Shown: positions 58,275-64,000 of the stretch, piece by piece
Numbering within the stretch: position 1 is the first letter of the stretch
Layout of the letters: the number at the start of each line of letters is the position of its first letter
Assembly (NCBI GenBank): GCA_963736005.1
Contig: CAVTNB010000001.1
Span: forward strand, 1,248,001 to 1,312,000
DNA from: an uncultured Pseudomonadota bacterium
GTDB taxonomy: Bacteria > Vulcanimicrobiota > Vulcanimicrobiia > Eremiobacterales > Eremiobacteraceae
Direction of reading: 5' to 3'
DNA: 64,000 nucleotides
Program-made: the position numbers and the translations under genes
The notes under the pieces: generated by a model
Told to the model about the DNA's origin: nothing
The model's database searches: none
Seen by the model: only the letters and a program-made list of their open reading frames with translations

Positions 58275-58351
58275 AGGGGCGACTTGATCGTCGCCCGCGA
58301 CAAGCGGACCTCAAGGTCCGCCGCTCCATGGGCGTGAGTTGCGCTGCTACA
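58275..58351 (-). repeat. Degenerate REP composite (A, A, C')
   Basis: GGGCGACTTGATCGTCGCCC, AGCGGACCTCAAGGTCCGCC and GCGCTGCTACA directly after the HD gene stop. Confidence 0.7.
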
Positions 58352-58355
58352 TTTC

Positions 58356-59045
58356 CTACAGGATCGCGTCGCCGTTGACGACCACGCCGTACGAGCAATC
58401 GAGCACGGCTGCCGCGCTCTTGCTCATCGCAAAGCGCACGTTGAAGAGATCCAAAATATCTGCGGGCGTAGCGAAGTTCGTGTCCGCGGTCAGGCGCAGT
58501 ACGATTTGCCTGCTCGCGCCGATAACCTCAAGTTCCGCGTGGGTGACAGCGTAGTTGACCCGGTCATGAATGTCGAAATCCTCGGGTCTTCGCGTACGCA
58601 CTCTCGAGCGATGGATGTCGGCCTTGTCCGCAATGATGAGAGCCGCGCTCACGGGGTCAACTGCCGCGCCCTGTTCGTTTTCGTCATGGTTGCCGACAGC
58701 AGTCATGATCGTGGCGGCATCAACTACTTTGACGCCCCGCTTCACAAGCAGGGTGTAGACGAAGACTGCGCCCGCGGCTGCATGGCTCGGGCGGCCCGCA
58801 CAGTTGCCAAGGTCGTGCGTTAAACCGGCGACCGCCGCAAGATCGCAATGGTGAGCATCATAACCGAGCGACGCCAAGAGTCGGGAGGCATTGATCCCCA
58901 CGAGCGTTGCGTGGCGCCGACCGTGATCGGTGTACCCGAGCGCGCCGAGCACCTCGTCCGCTCGGTCAATGAGCGTCAATATTTCATTGTCGTGCCGGAG
59001 TTGCTCGAAGAGCGAACTCCGAAGAGGAGTTACGTTTGTTTGCAT
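58356..59045 (-). CDS. HD-domain phosphohydrolase
   Basis: LGYTDHGRRH, HDLGN, GNHDE, ADKADIHRSRVR, DIHDRVNYAV. Confidence 0.88.
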   Translation of the reverse strand: MQTNVTPLRSSLFEQLRHDNEILTLIDRADEVLGALGYTDHGRRHATLVGINASRLLASLGYDAHHCDLAAVAGLTHDLGNCAGRPSHAAAGAVFVYTLLVKRGVKVVDAATIMTAVGNHDENEQGAAVDPVSAALIIADKADIHRSRVRTRRPEDFDIHDRVNYAVTHAELEVIGASRQIVLRLTADTNFATPADILDLFNVRFAMSKSAAAVLDCSYGVVVNGDAIL

Positions 59046-59056
59046 GAGTTTGTCTT

Positions 59057-61120
59057 TCAGGAATTTTCGTCGCCGATGGTTTCCGCGACATTAAGAGTAT
59101 ACCCAGGAACGACCTCGGCGAGCCCAAGCACGGCGAGTTCTCCGCCGAATGCTTCGATAAAACGGGCCAACGGCAACCGCAGTGACTGCGAGCACACAAT
59201 GGTTGCGCCGGCGCATGCTCGCTCTTGGTAGGCCCGAAGCCAGCCGGCCAGCCGCGCAGCTGAGTCGGGTTCCAGTCCCAAGACCGGGGCCCGCTCGCTC
59301 GCGACGGTGGCGGCGGCAAGCTGGGATTCCAGGTTCATGGAGAGGGCCGCGGCTCGTATGACATTGTCCGCGTTTGCAAGCGACGAACAGATGCTCGCCG
59401 CCAACCTGCGACGTACTGCTTCTCCGATTGTTGAGACATCTCTTGTGTTTTCGGCTTCATCGGCGATAGTCTCCACAATGGTCGCCATGTCGCGCACGGA
59501 AACCCGCTCTCGAACTAAGTGTTGCAGAACACGTTGGACGAGACCAAGAGACGCCATTTCGGGCACAACCCCTTTGACAGCAGCTGGTTGCGCGGCTTTG
59601 AGGTTATCGAGCAAGAGCTGCACTTCTTGGCGCCCAAGCAGGGTCGCCGCATACGAGCGCACCACACCATCCAGCGCACTCGTCAAGACTGTGAGTGGGT
59701 CGACGACGATCGCCGCGGAGGTTGAATCGTGGCGGCCTGACTGCCGATCCCCCGGCGCAAGCCAAACGCCCGCAAGACCAGCGGCAGGTTCCAAAACAGC
59801 TTCGCCTGGCAACTGTGAAAGAGCCTTTGGATCGTCAAGCGCAAGCGGACGATCCGGATGAAGGATCCCGTGCGCTACCGCTCGGTCGCGCAGGCATATG
59901 GCATAACCTCGAGGAGGAAGACGCAGGTTGTCTTGCACGGCAACGCCGGGCATGACAATGCCTAGCTCCAACGCAACCCGCTTTCGTAGCAAGGCAATGC
60001 GGTTGAGGAGCGCATCGCAAGCCGGAACCTCGAGCAGTGGGAGCAACCGCTCGCCCAAATGAATCGACAGGGCATCGACCCCGAGCAGCGTCACTGCATG
60101 TTCGGGCTTTTGGGTTTCGGCCCGCAAGGTTTGTGCCTCGTGAGCGCTGCGGGCGAGCTCTTGACGGCGCACCGCGCGCGCCGACAGCGCCGCCACCCCG
60201 ACTGTGCCCGCTCCCAACAAGCCGAATGCTGCGTGCGGCAATCCGGGCACCAGTGCGAACGCAAGCATGGCGATACCAACGGCTCGCAGGGCGGCGGGGT
60301 GAGCTAACATTTGGCGCACGAGTTCCACGCCAAGCGTCGCCTCCGATGCCGCGCGCGTCACCATGATCCCCATGGCAGTCGACAATAAGAAGGCGGGAAG
60401 CGTGGTCGCGAGCGCGTTGCCTATAGAGAGCAATGGATAGGTTCGGGCAGCCGTCGCGACATCGAGGTGCTTGCCGATGATGCCGATCGCCATTCCAGCC
60501 ACAACGTTCACCAAGACAATCACGACCGCGGCGATCGCGTCGCCGCGAACGAATTTGCCGGCGCCGTCCATCGCACCGTAGAAGTCCGCTTCGGCCTGCA
60601 CCGCTTTGCGTCGCATCCTTGCCTGTGCCGCATCGATGAGACCCGTGTGGAGGTCGGCATCGATCGCCATTTGTTTGCCGGGCATCGCGTCGAGGGTGAA
60701 GCGCGCGGCGACTTCGGCCACGCGCTGCGCGCCATTGGTGACCACCACGAGCTGAACGACAATGAGGATGATGATCATGAGCGCCCCCACCGCGAGGTTG
60801 CCTCGCATGACGAATTCACCGAACGCGGGGATCACGCTGCCGACCCCTCCAGGCTGATCTCCTTGGGTGAGAATCAGACGGGTCGCTGAAACATCCAAGC
60901 TCAGTCTGAAGAGCGTGGTGACGAGCAGCAGGGACGGAAACGCTGCCAGTTCGAGCGGGTTCTGTATCGAAAGCGCGATGACAAGGACCGCGGTGGCAAA
61001 CATGATGTCAAACGCAAGGAGCACGTCGAGCAGCGGCGGGGGCAATGGAATGATGAGCATCGCAATGCTGGCGAGTACCGCACCGCTCAGCGCGCTACCA
61101 ACGAGATCTCTCGTTGGCAT
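59057..61120 (-). CDS. flhA: Flagellar/type III export gate protein FlhA
   Basis: FPSLLLVTTLFRLSL, GAQRVAEVAARFTLDAMPGKQMAIDADL, FYGAMDGAGKFVRGDA. Confidence 0.9.
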   Translation of the reverse strand: MPTRDLVGSALSGAVLASIAMLIIPLPPPLLDVLLAFDIMFATAVLVIALSIQNPLELAAFPSLLLVTTLFRLSLDVSATRLILTQGDQPGGVGSVIPAFGEFVMRGNLAVGALMIIILIVVQLVVVTNGAQRVAEVAARFTLDAMPGKQMAIDADLHTGLIDAAQARMRRKAVQAEADFYGAMDGAGKFVRGDAIAAVVIVLVNVVAGMAIGIIGKHLDVATAARTYPLLSIGNALATTLPAFLLSTAMGIMVTRAASEATLGVELVRQMLAHPAALRAVGIAMLAFALVPGLPHAAFGLLGAGTVGVAALSARAVRRQELARSAHEAQTLRAETQKPEHAVTLLGVDALSIHLGERLLPLLEVPACDALLNRIALLRKRVALELGIVMPGVAVQDNLRLPPRGYAICLRDRAVAHGILHPDRPLALDDPKALSQLPGEAVLEPAAGLAGVWLAPGDRQSGRHDSTSAAIVVDPLTVLTSALDGVVRSYAATLLGRQEVQLLLDNLKAAQPAAVKGVVPEMASLGLVQRVLQHLVRERVSVRDMATIVETIADEAENTRDVSTIGEAVRRRLAASICSSLANADNVIRAAALSMNLESQLAAATVASERAPVLGLEPDSAARLAGWLRAYQERACAGATIVCSQSLRLPLARFIEAFGGELAVLGLAEVVPGYTLNVAETIGDENS

Positions 61121-62205
61121 CACGATGGCTCTGGGTCGCGCCCGCGCAGCGAGCCGCGCGTTCGCACGATCCAGGCAAAGATCGCAGCCACGGCTGCATA
61201 ACATTCTTCCGGTATTGGCGCGTCAACCTCGACTATCGCATACAGCGTGCGCGCAAGATCGGCGGACTCGACGATCGGCACCTCAAACTCGTGCGCGGCT
61301 GCGCGCACGATCTCGGCGGTCAAATCGGCGCCGCGCGCAACCACGATCGGCACGTCGATTTCCGGCGGGGCGTAGCGCAACGCAATCGCGAAGTGCGTTG
61401 GATTCGTGATGACCGCTGTAGCCTTCCTTATGGCTGCAACGCGTAAACCGCGCGAGCGCCGAGCCCCGATCGTTTTTCGCCGCTGCTTCACTTCCGGGCG
61501 CGTTTCGGATTCGGCACGCTCATCGCGAAGTTCGCGCGGCGTCATGCGTTGGCTTGCCGCGAAGCGTTTGCGAGTCATCATGACGTCGATCGCCGCAAAC
61601 ACAAGAAGGACCGCGCTTGCACGCCACCACGCGGTTACGGCGCCTCGTTCCATAGCGGCGACGGAGCCTGCCAGACCAGCCATACGCGCGGCCGTTTGAA
61701 TACTCGAGATCGTCGGCGGTAGCGCAATCCAAACGATCAACGCGAGAGCCAACCCCGAACTGGAGGCGTGCCAGACGTTCTCGACGCTTGCGAGGCGCCT
61801 CAGGCCCATCGATCCCGCGAGGCGAGCGAACCTCGGCGCACTTGCGCCCGGCGCAAAGCCAAGCGAGCCACACGCCAATGAGGCGACGATGCCACAAGAC
61901 GATGCGAGCAGCCAGCACATTGCGATGAGGTCCCAAGGTCTTGCGGCGCTGCCGATGGCGTGGGCCCATCTGACGAGCGTTGTTGCATCGAGACTGCTCC
62001 CGTGGGTTGCGCACGTCTCGGTTGCAACAACAAATGCTTGCCGCCATGAGCCCACACGCGAACCTAAGGCGAGGGCAACTGGTGCGGCGATCATGATTGA
62101 GAGAGCTGGTGCTGCGAGCTGGCTTCGCGCCATCCCGCCGCGCGCACGGACTTTGGCTCGATGCTTCGGAGTTGCTTCTTCGGTGCGCTCCTGAGCGGAC
62201 GCCAT
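61120..62205 (-). CDS. flhB: Export switch protein FlhB
   Basis: ERTEEATP, RMTPRELRDE, NPTH autocleavage motif. Confidence 0.88.
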   Translation of the reverse strand: MASAQERTEEATPKHRAKVRARGGMARSQLAAPALSIMIAAPVALALGSRVGSWRQAFVVATETCATHGSSLDATTLVRWAHAIGSAARPWDLIAMCWLLASSCGIVASLACGSLGFAPGASAPRFARLAGSMGLRRLASVENVWHASSSGLALALIVWIALPPTISSIQTAARMAGLAGSVAAMERGAVTAWWRASAVLLVFAAIDVMMTRKRFAASQRMTPRELRDERAESETRPEVKQRRKTIGARRSRGLRVAAIRKATAVITNPTHFAIALRYAPPEIDVPIVVARGADLTAEIVRAAAHEFEVPIVESADLARTLYAIVEVDAPIPEECYAAVAAIFAWIVRTRGSLRGRDPEPS

Positions 62206-62207
62206 AC

Positions 62208-62924
62208 CTACGCCTGCGCGAGCATCGCCAAAAGCTCGCGAACGACCTCGACAAGAGAGATGAAGAGCGCGCTGCCGCCAGCGACCAAAGCAAGACCGAC
62301 GGCCGCGCAGATGATGGGGGCGCTCACAAGCATACCGTTCACCTGAGGCGCCGCCCTTGCCAAAATGCCAGCCAGCAGCGAGGCCAGCGTTTGTGCCAGA
62401 AGGGCGGGTGCAGCCAAAACGAGACTCTCCTTCAACGCAGCTTCGCCGAGACTGAGAATTCCGGAGAGCGTCGCGATGTGCAACGGCAACTGCAAGGTTG
62501 CTCGCGCGAAAATATTGACGATCGCATTGAAGCCCCCGGTTTGCAACAGAACCAGTATGAAGGCAACTTGATACAAATAGGCTAGAGCGCCGCCGGTTCC
62601 AGCGCGATCCGCAAAGGGTGCCCACATGAGACTCGAATCGATGAGCGATCCAGCTGCACTGACAGCCCCACACACAACACTTGCGCTTAACCCAAATGCT
62701 GCCCCGATCAACGCTCCGCTTGCAACTGCCTCGAACAGCGGTGCTGCGGGCCGAGACTCATGAGCGGCGAGAAGGATGGGTACGAGGGCGAGCGCGAGTC
62801 CGGCTCGCGCTACCCGCATCGTGCTGCCACCCGCGGCGAGAGGCAATGTTGCCGCGAACGTGCAGGCTTGGGTTACCGACGCAGCCAGCGCACCGCTTGC
62901 GCCGTTCTGCCAAAGAACGCTCAA
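62208..62924 (-). CDS. fliR: Export apparatus protein FliR (divergent)
   Basis: Position between fliQ and flhB; AGSLID, LAAP, GILARAAPQVN. Confidence 0.75.
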   Translation of the reverse strand: MSVLWQNGASGALAASVTQACTFAATLPLAAGGSTMRVARAGLALALVPILLAAHESRPAAPLFEAVASGALIGAAFGLSASVVCGAVSAAGSLIDSSLMWAPFADRAGTGGALAYLYQVAFILVLLQTGGFNAIVNIFARATLQLPLHIATLSGILSLGEAALKESLVLAAPALLAQTLASLLAGILARAAPQVNGMLVSAPIICAAVGLALVAGGSALFISLVEVVRELLAMLAQA

Positions 62925-63187
62925 CGCACGAGATGAGGGAGTACTTGGATCGATGCACGCAACAACTCACCCAGCAGCGCTAGTGCAAACGGTCCGCTCA
63001 TCGCGGCCAGGAGTATGATCACCGCAATCTTGGGTCCGAACGAGAGGTTTTGGTCTTGAATGCCGGTGATCGTCTGCGCTAACCCAACGATGACCCCGAT
63101 GACCCCGATGACCGCAACAATCGGCAACGCGAGCAACGCCGCGGTTTCCAGTGCTCGCGTGTAGAGATCGATAACGGCGTGATTCAT
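62921..63187 (-). CDS. fliQ: Export apparatus protein FliQ
   Basis: QTITGIQDQNLSFGPKI. Confidence 0.85.
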   Translation of the reverse strand: MNHAVIDLYTRALETAALLALPIVAVIGVIGVIVGLAQTITGIQDQNLSFGPKIAVIILLAAMSGPFALALLGELLRASIQVLPHLVR

Positions 63188-63191
63188 CCAA

Positions 63192-63851
63192 CTACCGGTA
63201 TGACGCAGCCAACGCGCCGGCGACAAGTGTCCATCCGTCAACCGATACAAAAAGCAGGAGCTTTATTGGCAGTGAGATGGATGCCGGCGAGACCATGAAC
63301 ATGCCGAGCGACATGAGGATGACGCCAACGACGATGTCGATGATCGCAAACGGGAGCGCGAGAGCGAATCCCATCGCAAAGGCCGTTCGAAGCTCGCTCA
63401 CCAAAAATGCGGGTGCCAGCACAAAAAACGGTACGTCCTCTCTGCTCGACTGTGTCACTCGAGCGATGCGGGCGAAAGCAACGATGTCTGCAGGCCGAGT
63501 TTGCTTCGCCATGAACGACCGGAGCGGGCGTTCGGCGCGCGCAAAGGCCGCAGAGGCCGTCAGCCTGTGCGCCTCATAAGGAATCACCGCTTCGCGGCTG
63601 ATGGCTCCCAGCGTCGGCCCCATGATGGCGACGGTCAGCATGATCGCGAGAGCGATAAGGACGCTATTGGGAGGCAGGGCCGCGGTGCCGAATGACGCTC
63701 GCAATAATCCCAGCACGACGATGATACGCGTAAAAGACGTCACGGAAATGGCGAGGACAGGTAGCAAACCGAGCACGAGAAACGCCGCAAGCAGATCAGC
63801 GGGCGAGCCCAACTGGGGGTGGGCTAGGACGTGGGCCGCGACCTCGGTCAT
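63192..63851 (-). CDS. fliP: Export apparatus protein FliP
   Basis: TSFTRIIVVL, PPNSVL, PAFLVSEL, LPIKLLLFVSVDGW. Confidence 0.9.
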   Translation of the reverse strand: MTEVAAHVLAHPQLGSPADLLAAFLVLGLLPVLAISVTSFTRIIVVLGLLRASFGTAALPPNSVLIALAIMLTVAIMGPTLGAISREAVIPYEAHRLTASAAFARAERPLRSFMAKQTRPADIVAFARIARVTQSSREDVPFFVLAPAFLVSELRTAFAMGFALALPFAIIDIVVGVILMSLGMFMVSPASISLPIKLLLFVSVDGWTLVAGALAASYR

Positions 63852-64000
63852 CTTGTCGGCCGAATTGCGTCAGAAAGCACGTCGTGAATCTCAATGGCGA
63901 GTGCGCCGTCCTCAGTTGAGACGAGCTCCCCGGTCGCAACCGCAACCCCATTGACTAACAGCGGGGCCGGCGCATCGGCCGGAACATCAAGCGGTACGAC
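63848..64000 (-). CDS. fliN: FliN/FliM C-terminal (SpoA) domain protein, 5' part outside the window
   Basis: Not in the ORF track. VVPLDVPADAPAPLLVNGVAVATGELVSTEDGALAIEI; stop overlaps the fliP start (ATGA). Confidence 0.75.
   Translation of the reverse strand, partial: VVPLDVPADAPAPLLVNGVAVATGELVSTEDGALAIEIHDVLSDAIRPTR

Overview
GC-rich (~60%) bacterial chromosome segment, mostly housekeeping. Gene content and protein style suggest a Terrabacteria soil lineage such as Ca. Eremiobacterota/WPS-2 (inference only). Left to right: partial TPR gene, lipoprotein, Fpg, glnA, phosphohexomutase-nagA, asparaginase II; a MoxR/DUF58/DUF4350/DUF4129/SpoIIM/RDD cassette; phospholipase C; amidohydrolases; a 4-hydroxybenzoyl-CoA-reductase-like molybdoenzyme; sdhAB plus a CCG (HdrB/SdhE-like) subunit; ABC exporters; a ~2.7 kb integrase-less island at the 3' end of tRNA-Thr(CGT); rpsF-ssb-rpsR-rplI-dnaB; alr/dtd/rel/apt/secDF; and fliN-fliPQR-flhBA. 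Several genes (glnA, moxR, the Mo subunit, sdhB) are frameshifted in a way that looks like sequencing error. The best unexplained signals are (i) a 39-aa leader peptide with mutually exclusive protector, antiterminator and terminator hairpins ahead of a lone 69-aa gene (27090-27614), (ii) a ~150-nt G-U-rich rod-shaped RNA candidate beside tRNA-Thr (43464-43614), and (iii) three families of GTAG-type REP hairpins that repeatedly sit on or next to stop codons. All pairings and family calls were made by eye; no searches or folding programs were run.
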